In this document: in pieces, positions 39,659-55,289 of the stretch
Layout of the letters: every line of letters starts with the position of its first letter
Position numbering within the stretch: the stretch's first letter is position 1
Origin: the human T2T-CHM13v2.0 reference genome, Homo sapiens
Strand: one strand, 5' to 3'
NCBI RefSeq assembly: GCF_009914755.1
Contig: NC_060931.1
Length of the DNA stretch: 64,000 nucleotides
Program-made: the position numbers and the translations under genes
Notes under the pieces: generated by a model
Databases searched by the model: none
Told to the model about the DNA's origin: nothing
Seen by the model: only the letters and a program-made list of their open reading frames with translations

Positions 39659-39661
<3 letters not shown>

Positions 39662-39699
<38 letters not shown>

Positions 39700-39712
39700 A
39701 TATATATATATA
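39662..39712. repeat. (CA)n(TA)n microsatellite
   Basis: Direct reading. Confidence 0.95.
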
Positions 39713-40099
39713 CTATTATAGTTGAACTACCAGCGCAGACATTCTGGAATTTGCTTTGCTTTGGGATCTAAACTCAAGAGGTCTCCTGGATTCAGTAGCA
39801 CACATAGAAGGCACTGGTCAAGGACTGGAACAAGTCCCTGGACCCACACGTTATCACTGTCACTGACAAGAACATGCCACTTCCTTCAAAGCCCCACTGC
39901 CTTCCACCATACATGATATCTTAGGCAGCACATGGGCCAGATAACACAGCACAGCTCGGCAGAGCAGAGATGAGCTTTGAGGCTGGAAAGGGCTGGTGCG
40001 ATAAGAAATTGCAAGAAAAGGAGCTGAGGTAATAAGTCTTGTCCAACAGGTGGAGCGAGGTGTTGCAGTCTGCGTGGTGCAAGGAAATCTACAGAGAAT

Positions 40100-40610
40100 T
40101 GCCGAGACCAGCTCGGTCAGGGAGACTCTAACCCAGCGGCGCTAGAGGAATTAGACACACACACAGAAATATGGAGGTGTGAAGTGGGAAATCAGGGGTC
40201 TCACAGCCTTCAGAGCCGAAAGCCCCGAACAGAGATTTACTCACATATTCATTAACAGCAAACCAGTCATTAACATTGTTTCTATAGATATTAAATTAAC
40301 TAAAAGTATCCCTTATGGGAAAGGAAGGGATGGGTCGAATTAAAGGAATAGGTTAGACTAGTTAACTGCAGCAGGAGGATGTCCCTAAGGCACAGATCAC
40401 TCATGCTATTGTCTGTGGCTTAAGAATGCCTTTAAGCAATTTTCCGCCCTGGGATGGCCAGGTTTTCTTTGCCCTCATTCCGGTAAACCCACAACCTTCC
40501 AGTGTGGGCGTTAGGGCAATTATGAACATGTTACAGTGCTGCAGAGGTTTTGTTTATGGCCAGTTCTGGGGGCAGTATATGGTCAGATTTTGGGAGTCCT
40601 GCTCCCAACA
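40100..40610 (-). mobile_element. MER9 solo LTR (HERV-K HML-3 / HERVK9), 511 bp
   Basis: Reverse complement begins TGTTGGGAGCAGG...CCCAAAATCTGACCAT..., ends CA; perfect 6-bp TSD gagaat at 40094-40099 and 40611-40616. Confidence 0.9.
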
Positions 40611-41520
40611 GAGAATAATGCTACACCAATAGTGACAGAGACCCATAATTCAGGCAGAAGTATTTCTATTTCACTTTGTCTTCTTCTCAAATGGCTGCTG
40701 CAAATATATTGTCATAGTTATGTTTACTTTTGTCTTCTTGCCAACAACTGCAGCTCTGGGGTGAGTACTTCTAGCTGGAATGGCAGTGCCTGGCAAACTC
40801 TTTGCAAGTGCATGACTGGCATCACTTCTGAGTTGCCTCTGCACCTCCAGAGCTCTGGGCATAGCTGAAGAGTACAAACATCAACAGTCTTGTCCCCAGG
40901 CTCTCCAGAGGCAGCATCTGAAAAGTGTGATCTGGTAGTCCACAAGCTTCCCATGAGCATCCCTGGAGACTCCCCAGTTGTAAATCATGACCCGCTGACA
41001 AGTTGGATGACTGCCAGAGTGTCTGGGAGTGGGGAGAAACAAATACTGTTTAATTTTTCAGAATGCAAAGGGGGAAGTCTGATTCACTGGTAGATAGGGG
41101 ACTGGTTATGGTGGTTGATGCTTTCTGGCATTCTGTAGTTGTAAATGGATGTTTCTAGAAATAGGAATCATATTAAGCAACACACACACACTCACACCCC
41201 TCATGTGGACTAAGCAACACACACACACAACCATGGAAGAACAATTTGTAGAAGGAGAGCATTGAACCTTGCTTCTCAGGAAGGAAGGAAGGGAGGAAGA
41301 GGGGAAGGGAGGAAGGAAGGGAAGGGAGGGGAGGGGATAGAGAGAGGTAGCGGGGTTGTGGGGCAGGGAGGGAGAGAAGGAGGGAGGGGAGACGAAGGAA
41401 AAAAAGAAAGAAAAGAAAATCTTTTCCGCTGGGCACAGTGGCTCAGGCCTGTAATCCCAGCTCTTTGGGAGGCCCAGAGGGGTGGATCACGAGGTCAGGA
41501 AATCAAGACCATCCTGGCTA

Positions 41521-41821
<301 letters not shown>

Positions 41822-41933
41822 TTAAAAAGTTTTGTCAATGAAGGGAAAAGCAAAGCAAAAGGAAGAGAGAGAGAGATGGGGGTGATTTCACAATTGTGTT
41901 TTCATTCCAACCAGATTAAAAGAGAGTATTACT

Positions 41934-42304
<371 letters not shown>

Positions 42305-44654
42305 CTAAAAAAATCCAAGTTTAATTCCTACAATGACATTGTTCTGTTTGCCTTATCCACCAAGCACTAATGAAGTGAGAGATAATTAGGACACCAGAAA
42401 GGGACTCTTTTTGAACAGAAAAAAGAAATTCTGATCTGGATACTGGAGTGGGCCAAAGAAAGAGATTTTAGATTCTTTATAAATCATCAAAAAGAAAAGA
42501 GAGCATTATCTACCCTGAATGGCTCAAACATTTATTTGAATCATATTTTTTTCTCTCCAGATATACTCCAAGGTATTTATTTATTTATTTATCTATTTAT
42601 TTATTTACTTATTGAGACAGGGTCACGCTCTGTTGCCCAGGCTGGAGTGCAGTGGTGTGACTGCAGCCTCAAACTCATGGGCTCAAGGGGTCCTTCCACC
42701 TCAGCCTCCCAAGTAGCTAGGACTACAGGTGTATGCTGCCACACCTTACTATGCCCCACTAATTTTTTATTTTTTTATGTTTTGTAGAGACAAGGTCTCA
42801 CTGTGTTGCCCAGGCTGGTCTCAACTTCTGAGCTCAAGTGATCCTCCCACCTCAGGCTCCTAAATTGCTGGGATTACAGACATGAGCCACGGTGCTCAGC
42901 CTATTTTTATTTTTTTAGAGACCATGTCTTGCTGTGTTTCTCAGACTGGAGTGCATGGCTATTTGGAGGCACTGTTGCCTCATCAGTGGCACTGCTGCCT
43001 CCAACTTCTGGGCTCAAGCTATCCTCTCACCTCTGCTTCCCGAGTAGCTGGGACTACAGGTGTGAACATTATGCCTGGCCCATATGCTTTTGGAGATCAT
43101 GCTGCCTTTTAGAAACATTTTTTTTTTTGAGATGGTGTCTCTGTCACCCAGGCTGGAGGACAGTGGCGTGATCTCGGCCTCACTGCAAACTCTGCCTCCC
43201 AGGAGACCTGCTTTGGGGCTACACATGTGCTCATTCTTCGAGTATGCCCAGGTTCTAGAACATTAGTTTCCTTGGGTCCTCTTTTAAATAGCCTGAGTCC
43301 CGATGTTCTGAATTTTACGTACAAAGAAAATGTTTCTACATTTTAGAAAATCACACAGGGATGTCCAAATTTAGTACTGCAATGTAATGATGCATTCTAC
43401 AACACAACTACTATCAGCATGCTTCCAGTTTAGCACCAAAAAGTTGGTATTGACATAATCTCAGGAAAAAAGAACAATAATGAACTTTAAGTGAAAGATT
43501 TATCTTTCTGAAAAATTGATATTATTCCATGTCTGTTTTTTTTCCTTGTGGCATCTATGGATGGAAACACTTTCTACATCTGGAATCCATCTACAAAATG
43601 TTTCTGAAAAAGCGTTTTTCTGAAGGCTGCCATCCAATCCTGCTATCTCAATGAAATGTCTCTTCCAGTACAGCCTTTCAGGTCTCACACAAAATGCCCT
43701 AGATTATTCTTCAGGGGATATTGATGCTTTTTAATGATTCTCACCAATGTGTAGAATTGTTTGCCACTGTAGGCAATTATCTCCAGAGAAGATATTCCTG
43801 AGATAATCCAGTGTTTCATATGGTGAGTATTTATACTTCTATCTATTTATTTTATCTCAAAGCATTTTTGGCTGTATGTCATTAATGTTTCATAATAATT
43901 ATAGCAATACATGTATGTAACTTACTAATTTATACATATAAACATCCATCCACATAGATGTGAATATTTGGTGGTATATACTCAAATTTTTTTGCTAAAG
44001 GGACACTGAAGAACTTCGCTACAACCTTTTTAGTTTTTTAGGATATATGTATTTATACTTACTTGACTTTTTGGAGGATAACTTCTATGGGTTATGCTTA
44101 GAAGCACTACAACCCTTCCATCTTAAAATTGGCTGGGAAATAAAACAAGAGTTCTCCTCAGCAGTTTCAACCTCAACTGTCTCCCCATGCATTCATGGTG
44201 GAAACTGGTCAAGCCATAGAACAGGAAAATTAAAACCTGGGTTCTTGCTGTGGTTCCAGCCCAGTAAAGCCATAAACATGTTAAATCACACATTTACCAA
44301 AAGGGAATACAAGCAGCAACATTGCTTTAACTATTAATGCTTTAAGGATAACTTTTACATTGCTATGTAAAGAAGCAAAAAATTAATCAAATGTAATTTC
44401 TCCAACCCTGGGACAAACTATTGTTACAAACTCAGTGACAGGGACAATTATAAGAAGAAGACTGCTTTCTTTGCAGCTCCCAGATTTCCATACATACTCT
44501 GCTCTCCACGGTATAGAGAGACATTTGACATTTCCAGACTTGCTACATGCAGGGCACACAATCCCCCAAAATTGTCCTAAGTCTTGTCTTCCTCTGCCTG
44601 GCTCATTTCATTTAACCTAATGCTGGAAGTGACCTGACGTCCAGAAGTTTGATG

Positions 44655-45620
44655 GCTTAATACTGTTCCATTGTTCATATATACTTCAGTTTCTGCATTT
44701 CTTCATCTGTGAATGGGCAGGTAGGTTGACTGCATACTTTGGTTATTGTCCATATTGCTTCATGAAACATGGGAAGGCAGGTATTTCCTTAAGGTATGGG
44801 TTTCGTTGGCTTTATGGGTATACCCAGTGTTGGGATGGCTAGATCGAACTGGTAGTTGTATTGTTGTTTCAGGAACCCCCAGCTGTTTCTCTCAGTGTGT
44901 ATATTAATTTACATTTCCACCAATAGTGCATAAGTGATCCTCTGTCTGCAGAGGATCCTCTGGCCCCTGCCTTCAAAAAGTTTTATTGCTGTTTCTGGTC
45001 ATACCTGTTCTCTGGGGGATTTAATAGTATCTGAGTGTGGTTGGGATTACTGATGTGGACAAACTTTTGTATTACTCGTGAGTTTCAGGTCTTTTTTCAG
45101 AAATGTCTATGATGGTCTTTTGGGCATTTTTAGCATGTGTATTGATTTTTATGTTTCTGCCCACTTAGGACCATTAGTTTCTTGTATGTGTTAGATAGCA
45201 AGCTTTTCCAGATTCATAATTTTCCATAATTTTCTCCCAGTCAGTGGGATGCCTTCTGTTTGGGTTCACTGTTTTCTCTGCAGTGCCGAAGCTGTGAAGT
45301 TTTTCTTAGCTTCACATGGTTATGTTTGCTTTTGTTAGCAGTGATTTCTGTGTCCCATCGAGAAGAAAAGCAAGGTGGCAAAGCCATTGTGTTGTCTATG
45401 TTTATTTGTCTCCTGTGTCTTCCTTTTCTGTTTGCAGTTTAGGTGCACGGATTCAGGTTTCCCCAAAATAGACACTCACCCTATGCATTTTCCTTGAAGT
45501 GTTTGGGTTTCAGGATTAGACTTAGGTGTTCAGCGGATTTTGTGTTGTTTTTTGTGTCTTGTGCAATGTAAGGGTTTAGTTCAATCCTTTGCATGTGAAT
45601 ACCCAGTTGTCTCAACAGTT
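44655..45620 (-). mobile_element. Diverged L1 ORF2 3' fragment
   Basis: tatacccagtgttgggatggctagatc; atttacatttccaccaatagtgcataagtg; gcatgtgaatacccagttgtctcaaca are antisense L1 motifs. Confidence 0.7.
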
Positions 45621-48600
45621 GTGCTTTTGGAGGAAAAAAAAAAAGCATGTGTTCACTGCATTTAATTTTGGGTTATTTGGTTCCCTTGTTGCGAGCTGTT
45701 ATTTGTGTTAGGAACTATTCTATATCTTTTGTGTAGAGTCTCATTTAAGCATTACAGTGGTTTCCTGTGAGAAAGCTGCTATTTTCATTCCCATTTTATT
45801 AATGAGGAAATTGAGACACAAAAAGGCTAAGCAACAGCTAGGAAGTGACAGAGCTTAAAGTAGGATTCCAGCCCAAGTTGAATGTAATCCAAGGGCTATG
45901 CTCTTTCTATTCAAATAGGCTGCTCTTTCATTAATACAGTGAGTAACGAGAGGTAATAAACAGTGTGCTTTCTTCAAAGGAAAATTAAATGTTTTGAAGA
46001 CAGAGTAATAGCAGGCTATTCAGTGTTTGCAATTACATGAATCGTTGATATGGCTGCAGATAGTGCACTACAATTTCCTAAAAAGTCTTCTCACTCTCAT
46101 AGGACTGCTCTACATTTGGCCTGTGTCATGGGAATTCAGAAGTAGTAAAACTCCTGCTGGACAGAAAATGTCAATTTCGTGCCTTTGACAGCAAAAAGAG
46201 GACAGATCTGATAAGGGTATACAGTAGCCAACTCTGTCGGCATGAGATAGATTTGATTTCAATAGATAGAATAAAAATGAGTTTTCTTATTATAACTAGT
46301 TGGTGAAATGTGTGGAATGTTTATTTTGAATTCCTAGGATTTAAAATCTATTTCTTGGTCTAATACCAACAGTCTGTACAATGCCTGGAAGAGGAATGTG
46401 CGACAATTTTGCTAGAGCATGGCACTGATCCAAATCTTCCGGATGTGTATGGTACGCTGTGTAAAATGAGGATAAATCAGTGGCCCCAAAACTGCTTTCA
46501 TACAACGCAAATATTGAATCAAAAAACAAGGTATAGATCCACCAATTTTATTTTCAAAATACTGAAATGCATTTGTTTTTACAATGACCTGTGTAAGGGT
46601 CAGTTTTCCATATTTGGAAGCTCAAGCATAACCTGAATGAAAATATTTTGAAATGACTTTATTATCTATGATTTTGTTTTAAATATTGTTACCTTTAAAG
46701 AAGCATTATGGGGTACACCTTTTTTATGCACTTGTGGTAAACATTCAATTTATAAAAGGTAATAGTTTTTTTCCAATTTTTTCCTCCCAGAATTTTTTTT
46801 CCTAACCAATGTAAAATGACAGAATTTGCCCTGGAAATAGGTTTTACATTAAAACTCCAAGAAAATGAATGCATTTTATAATGAATAAAAATCTTGATGC
46901 TTTAACAAGTTCCTTATATTAAGTAATAGATATGAAAGTGATGTATCTCTCAGTGACGAGGCTTAAGATATTTCTGATTGCTCTTAAGGCAGAAATGGAA
47001 CAGGAAAAGGAGAGCAATCAGAAATATCGAGACTAATTTGGAAATTAGATAATTGAGGGAAAAGGCCTTGAAGAGATTCTCTGTGTGTGTTTTTTGTTGT
47101 TGTTCATTCATTTTTTCCCAGTTTGTATGTTTAGACAAGGTTCTCTTCAGTTTGAGGATTTTAGTTTGGGGAAGGGAGTTAGTGAGTTGTAAACTGCTTA
47201 GATCAATTTTAGGAGGCTTCTGAGGAGCCTGATTGGCAGTGAATAGGTGGTGATGAAGTGGGAAAGTAACAAACTGGAAACACCAATACCTTTCTAGTAC
47301 CTTAAGCAAATGGCAATAAGAATTGCCAGGCTTAGCCAGTGTGCACCAATACCAATAGGAAATTATTTTTTCAAGATACTTGCTGAGTGCAGAAGCCAGG
47401 AAAGCAATTTCTTGTTGAGAAGCACAAGTCATGTTACATATCCTTATACCAACAAGGTCTCACTATTATTGACTTCATTCCTTCTAATTTGAAGTTGAAG
47501 GAGATATATTGATTTTGTTGGAAAAAGATGTGTTTTCTACCTGCCGGTTAATTGTCATAACAGTAATTTTGTTAGAACAAGATGCTCTGCTACTATTAGC
47601 CAAAAGATTATCATAATAAATAGGCAAATTGCCCAACTCTAGGCTCAGCAGATTATAATAAAAGTACAAAAATGTTTTACAAGGACAAAAATGCTACTAT
47701 GCTACCTGGATATGGACATCTAATACATTGTACAATCCAAACTGTATGAGGACACCTTTGATTTAGTACGTATTTATCAAAGAGCTTCTGTAAGTTAGGT
47801 TTTGTAAGTTTCAGGAGACAGAGGTGGAATAGACATAGTTTTGATCATTAAGTTGCTCATAATGGACTAGAGCTCTCTCTAGTTAATTTTTGTGTTGTTT
47901 CAACAGAATTTTCAAAGAAAACCTTTTATTCACTTTCTCACTTGTCCACTTAACAGATAACTATCACATCTTTTAGATGCTAAGCATTTTTCTAATGCCT
48001 CAGAACCCAAACAATTAAAAATACAGTCAGGAGCTTGTTATCGTCTATTATCATTATCATTTTTATTATTTTGCTAATTTATTCAGTGCTTACTTTGTGA
48101 TAGATACCCACTGGAAGCTTATAATTATGATTTAAATTTATTATATTAAATATGTGCCAGACACTTTAAGTATGTGATGAGGAATGAAAGCTTTAAGAAA
48201 GTAGGAAGGATTTAAGGTAAGCATGCAGTGGGAATAGAATTTTTCTAATTAAAAGAACAGAAGAATGATGTTTGGCAGGAGGAACATCTAACAAGATTAT
48301 GTGTTTGGCAGAAGGAACAGATAACTAGATTGCGTGTTTAGCAGGAGAAGGGGCAAGTGAAGAAAGTAAGACCCTTGAGTGAACTTTGCAGGGTTTATGA
48401 GCAGTTTACTTTTGCTAGTACAAATAGTGTGAGATGTGAGAGGTTGGGAATAAGGTGACTACTTTGCTGAGGCAAGTTTATGACAGACTTTTTGATTCTA
48501 TAGAAATGAGTAGATCTTATCCTGTGGGCCATAGGCATTTTACCAGCAGGAATACTTTAAACTGCAAATACTAGAAGACCAGTGGCTAAAAGAGTAGGAA

Positions 48601-49115
48601 CCAGAGTTGTTTTGGTTGTTCAATTATATCCTAGAATCCCACTTGTCCCTCTTTCAGCTGTGCTGTTGGCAGTGTTTTATCCATGTTTCCTTTCATGGTT
48701 GGCTAATCCACAACAGCTCCAAACATCTTGTTCTCATAACACAACATCACAAGAGCTGTTTTCCTTCACATGTTTCTTTTAAATAGGGAGAAAACTTAGA
48801 AGCAAGCAGTAGACCTTCTGTAACATTGTATTGGCTGGGTCATACCACATGCTCATCCCTAAACCAGGCACTGGGAAAGCAAATGTAATTATGTGATTAG
48901 TTTAGAATAATCATTTCTCTTTTTGAAGCTGGGGAAAGGGGGATTGGGATGATAAATATCCAAACAGACTTGTGTTTCTTCTACAAGGAAGAATAAGGAA
49001 TGGCTGTTGGTTAGGGAGTCAGCAATGTTTGCTGTAGGGGCACACTGGAGAATTTTGAGCAGGGGAGTCATAAGATTAAATTTGAGTATTAAGGGATTCT
49101 GATTATCATGTAAAA

Positions 49116-49329
49116 CAGGAGTTGACAAGCTTTTTCTGTAAAGGAAAAGGTGGGAAATATTTTAGACCATGTGGTCTCTGTCATATCTATTTAACCCTGC
49201 CATCATAGTGTGAAAGCAACCATGGATAATATGTAAAAAAACAGGCATGACTGAGCTCCAATAAAACTTTATTTACAAAACAATAAGGCACACTGGATTT
49301 GGCCTATGGCCTATACTTTGCTGACCCCT
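49116..49329. mobile_element. MER58A hAT MITE
   Basis: caggagttgacaagctttttctgtaaagg...ccaataaaactttatttacaaaa...ggatttggcc...tttgctgacccct. Confidence 0.75.
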
Positions 49330-51798
49330 CAGAGAGGACTGATGGAAGGTAACCCTGTAAAGAAACTAGGAGACAAAGAGGCTTTTGCAGTAGTCAGCTA
49401 TAGTTTTCTTGTCACATATCCTTGGACTAGTATCAGTTTGTTATGAGGTTTTCACCCACTCTTGGTGAAATACAGTTGGGAATCTCAGTTATTTTAAAAT
49501 GTTGGTCTTCTTCTTGGTGTTAGGCTTCTTTCATTTGTTTTGCTTAAATTTTTTTTATGTAAGATAAAGCAGGCCGGGTGTGGTGGCTCATGCCTGTAAT
49601 CCCAGCCCTTTGGGAGGCCGAGGTGGGCAGATCACTTGAGCCCAGAAATTTGAGACCAGCCTGGGCAACAAAGCAAAACCCTGTCTCTACTAAAAATACA
49701 AAAATTAGCTGGGCATGGTGGCACACGCCTGCAGTCCCAGCTACTTGGGAGGCTGAGGTGAAAGAATCACTTAAACTGGAAGGCAGAAGTTGCAGTGAGC
49801 CAAGATTGTGCCACTGTACCCCAGACTTGGTGACAGAGCGAGACTCTGTCTCAAAAAAAAAAAAAAAAAAGAAAAAATGTTAATAGTTGGTGGGAGTTTT
49901 TAAAATAAAAGCCATCAGTTAAGAGCCCATGTTTAACTAGGAAATATAAAAATAAAATATAAATATTTTGTAAATGTTTATATTCCCAGTGGCAGTGGGA
50001 ATATAAAGCAGAGGCAAAAGAGAGATATAATCAATATGATTTAGTGATTACTGAATGTGAAAAGTTTGTGAGATAGGGAGAAATCTCTGATGATTCACAG
50101 GTTTCCAGGTTATACGCTAGCATTTAACCTGCACATGAGGAAGGAGTAGGAAATTTTCTGGTGAATACAGAAGAGCAAAGAGCAGCAGGTCGGCAGGAAT
50201 GACTAATTTTTTTCTATGCATGTCAAGTTCAATGGAATATCCATATGGTATATTTTTAATAGGTAATTGGATAATTGGCATTTATACCTGGATAAAGCTT
50301 GAGAGTGGAGATGCAGACTTTGAATAATCTTATTGTAATTATTATGCAAAATCATAGGTCTGAAGGAGATTGTCCACAATGGGAAAGATGTAGAATCAGC
50401 AGAAACCACCTGGGAATAGGAACATTTCTCAGAGGAAAAGAAGTTAGTAAAGAAGACTGAGCAGTGGGTAGAGAAAGAAAAAGTAGGAGAGAAATGTTAC
50501 AAAAAATTGTTTAAAATGTGAGAATTTCAAGGAGGGAATATTGATTCAAACAAGATTACTAAAAAGTAAATTGAATTGACCTTTTAAAATCTCTTGATGG
50601 TACCTTTATCAAATGAACAATTTTAGAGTTGTAAGGTCTACTATTTATATGATTGGTACTTCTGGTGTTCAAATATGGAAGAATCCACCTAACAAGATCC
50701 TACCTAACTTTTTTGTAACTAGACTGGTGAGTTCACATGCCAACATTTTTCCAGAATTTTTAAAACCTAAAGGTCATGTATCAGGAAAAGTGTGGTCTTT
50801 CTCACCTGGTTTTTGTGGAAATAATTTTTTAGCACTCATGTTCTTGATACGCTCTTCTGGATGTGTTTCCAAACAAAAATCCAGCAGCAACGACTGGAAG
50901 CCATTCTCAGATGTACATATCCTTTCTCTGACATGGAATCATCGTAATACAGCCGTGTTTCAACAGAATTTCAAGTTTTGATCAGAAATAGTTTACAGAC
51001 CAGCAGTGTGGAGAAACTGACATCTTTAAATATTTTATTGCAGAAAACTAATACAATATCACAGAGAAAAACGTAAGATATGCTGAATATATTAGTTGTC
51101 AGTGTTTTGGGGAATTCTGGTGACATCAGTAGGGAATTCAGCACCTGATTCCTCCCTTTTCCTTTTCATTTCCTTTTCATTTACCCTCCTGTGATATCTC
51201 TGCTTTTACTACTTTGTTTTGAATTTCATCTCTAAAGAAAATACTCTTAGAACACACTTTTAATAGTATAAGAGAAATGTATATATGTTTGACAAATATG
51301 TGTTATTTCCTTTTAAAAGAATTGGCTGTCTGTCCTAAAGTATATCTGGTATTTATTCATTTGTAATGCTAAATAAACTTCTTTATATGTGGACCACAAT
51401 GACAGTGTCACCCATGATGGTCTGCCAAGATTTAAGTGTCCTCTTTATGGTCAGATAGAAATAATTTTATCTGACATAGTTTAAATGTGAAATGCTTTTC
51501 TGGTATTACATTTCTTAAGAAATTGGTAATCTGTGATTTAACTAGAACATGTAGTCAATTGGATTGGCACACTTTTAACCATCTGTATGTAAGATAACTT
51601 CCTTCCCCACCCCAAATAAGTTAAAAGTTTTGTTGATCGTTAATGGAGGATCAGTGGATAACTCATCCTACATTTTGCGTGCAATTTTTTTGACTTTTGG
51701 ACTTGTTCTATCAAGAACAGCTTTTAATAGGTGAATCTTGTTTCTAGTTTTATAAGAAATTAAGAAAAAGTTCAAAAGCAAATAGAACTCTATGATTA

Positions 51799-52145
<347 letters not shown>

Positions 52146-53177
52146 CTAATGGCTATATTAGATGACTATAATGACTATATTAGATATATTAATAGTATCA
52201 TTTTTTCAACAATTATTCCAGTTACCTGAATAAAGCACACCTGGGATGTGCCTAATTCCCCCAGCCTCAAATTTTGACAACACATGTGCAATGTTGTCTA
52301 CCAGTACCAGAGTCTCATTAGAGACTCAAGTATCCACGTATTGTGATTTGTTTTGTTTTGTTTTTTAGTGGAGCCTAGTCACATAGGCATCCTCTCCTTC
52401 ACAGTACCAAAATACCGGGCTCCCAGTAGAAAAGCAACTGCGCAGATTATACCACATTGTTTGTACAAGCCATTTAGGCACAGTGAGCCACTCTTCTTAG
52501 TTAGGGAATGGTGGCGGTCCTCCCAAATCCAAGGTCCCAAACACCAGCCAAGGGCCAGTCTTGTAAGCTGGCCTTTCTCAGGATGGTAGTCTCCTGCCTC
52601 CTGTATGAAACCTTTACTATACAACAGCTATGGCCGTGATGTAATTTGGGGGGGTTCTTAGTATTTTATTTTAATAGCAAATAATAATATAATGACATAA
52701 CACGGTACTGTTTTCAGTTGCATCACTCATACTAAGTTGTAATGATGCTTATGGTTTTGACATTTGGTGGATATTTTACAGGTATTTTTATATGAATTGC
52801 TATGGCAATATTAGATAATCATAATCTGTGTTTCTTATCTGATTAACCTTTCAGTAAAATTGTTAAATAAGCATACTAATTTCTGATTTTAAATTACAGT
52901 AAAAGTGGTCTTTTAATTACATGAATGGACCTGTTTTGATTCAGTGTTAAATCCCTGTTTATAATTATAAAATAAGATAAAATATTTAATAATTTTTATC
53001 AATTATTTTTTGCTTAAGTATACAGTTAAAATTATTAGCTATACATGCTCTATATAATTCAGTTTGGGAGATAATATCCATATTCTGTTATTAATTCTTT
53101 GACCTTTAGTGATTTGCAATTTTCAGGGTGACTATATCTTTTCATAATATAGAGTAATAGCAAATTCAGTGAATATC

Positions 53178-53575
53178 TTTTTTAAAATTAATCTTTACTT
53201 TTTAGAGCAGTTGATGTTCACAGCAAAATTGAGAGGAAGGTAGAGGTTTTCCAAATACTCCATGGACCCCCACATATGCACAGCCTCCCCCATTATCAAT
53301 GTCCTCCACCAAAGTTCACTAGAGTTATTGATGAGCCTACATTGACACATCACCCAAAGTCCATAGTTTACATTAGGTTTCGCTCTTGGTGTTGTACATT
53401 CTCTGGACTTGGAGAAATCTATAATGACATGTTTCTACCCTTGTAAGTATCCTAGACACAATCATTTTATGGCCCTAAAAATCCTCTGTACTGTGCCTTT
53501 TCCTCTCTCCCCCCCACTAATCCCTGGCAACCACTGATCTTTTTGCTGTCTCCATAGTTTGCTTTTTCCAGACTA
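53178..53575 (-). mobile_element. L1MC/MD 3' end fragment
   Basis: tttttagagcagt...gttcacagcaaaattgagaggaaggtagag...ccctggcaaccactgatc. Confidence 0.7.
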
Positions 53576-55289
53576 GTCTGGAATTCCACTGTATTGGAAT
53601 AATAAAGTGGATAACTATTTGAATATTAAAAAATTAAAATTCCATGGTAATTGCAGTAGTCATTGAAGATGTTTTTTGTCCTTTTGTTTTCTTTTTGTTT
53701 TGTTCATCGTCGTAGAATATGATGATATGTGTTTTCCATACTGAGAAAGCATGATTTCTATAGACACTTGCCACATAATAGGGTTGACAAAAATGACATC
53801 ATGCAGCACTACAGACCATCCTGCTCTATGAGATGGGTCCAGATAGACTTTCTATGAATGAAAAGGGACAATCTTAAGAGTTCATACTTTATAAAACCTT
53901 CATGCCTTGCAGTTGAAAATAAGACTAGGCAGTGAATACTACAGGTGGATAAATATATTCCTCACTGATTATCTTCCTTTGAGATACGAGTTTGAAAATA
54001 GTCTATATTATTACGACATGGCTCACCTACAACTAGATTCTCTGTCATGAGAAATGCCCAGAGAGTCACAGTGTTTGCTTTACATGAAGTGCAAAAGAAC
54101 TTTTTTCTTCCACTGGAGAGAGTGACAACTGTTGGCACATTCTAGTAGCTTGAGTGAGTTGATAGTTCTGTTCACATATATTTTTCACATCAGATAGTAC
54201 TCACTGGCAACTTGCCACCACCTCTTCAGTGTTTCTTCTTAAGCTTCTCTCTGAATAAGTGGTATGCTTCTGAGTGAGTGGATAAGCTCTTAAGGGAATG
54301 ATCTTTCCAGTGGTTCTTTTCCATAGGAGTGAAATGGCAGGCAAATTTGAGCCTTGTTTGTGGCATACATAGGGCAGAGAAAATAGCCAGAACTAAGTAA
54401 ACTTAACCAGCATTTTCCCCAGAAGAGTATTAGCAATAGTGAGTACAGTGATCTCCCTTGAGATCTTCTCCACTGGCAACTGAAAAGTCTTTGCAAGAAT
54501 CTTTGTCCCTGGTCTGTTTCCTATGTTTTGCCATAAAACATAGTACAGTGCCCATGGACCTAGCTTCCTCGTGACAGGATGTTTTATTCTAAACTGAACA
54601 GTTTTAACTGAAGAACTGGAGAAGCTTTGTTGTGTCACAACAAAATAAGTCCAGTTGTCTTCCCTTATCCACAGGGGATACATCCCAAAACCCCCAGCAA
54701 ATGCCTGAAACTGTGGATAGTACCAAGCCCTATATGTGCAATGTTTTTTCCTATACATACATGTCTATAATAAAGCTTGATTTATAAATTAGGCACAGTA
54801 TGAACTTAACAATAGATAATAAAATAGAACAATCATAACAATATACTATAATAAGTTTTGTGAATATGGTTCCTTGAAATATTTTCTTGCACTGTACTCA
54901 CCCTTATTCTGTTGATGATGTGTGGTGATACAGTGCCTCTGTAATAAGATGGCATAGGTATTGTGATGTAGTGCTAGGCTACTATTGACCTTCAGGAGAA
55001 GGACTATCTGCTTTGGGTGATCCTGGATTATTAAGCCTTGATAATACTGATGGTTGGATGTCAGGAGAAGACCTGCCAATGACTAACGGGTAGATAGCAT
55101 ATACGATGTAGATGCACTAGACAAAATGATGATTCATGCCCTGGCTGGGATGGATTGAGATGGCTGAAGATTTTACACTACTCAGAACGGCATGCAACTT
55201 AAAACTTATTTTTTTCAAACTTTTCATTTAATATTTATGGATCATGACTGACTATGGGTAACTGAAACCACAGAAAGCAAAACCACAGA

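Noticed and set aside
39791-39806. ttcagtagcacacata, loosely like a U6 snRNA 5' end
   Set aside because: Similarity does not extend; no U6 body follows. No tRNA, rRNA or snRNA gene was recognised in the window.
46950-50981. 160-aa (46950..47432) and 122-aa (50613..50981) ORFs in AT-rich DNA
   Set aside because: No recognisable domain or exon structure; they lie within pseudogene introns and are likely chance ORFs.
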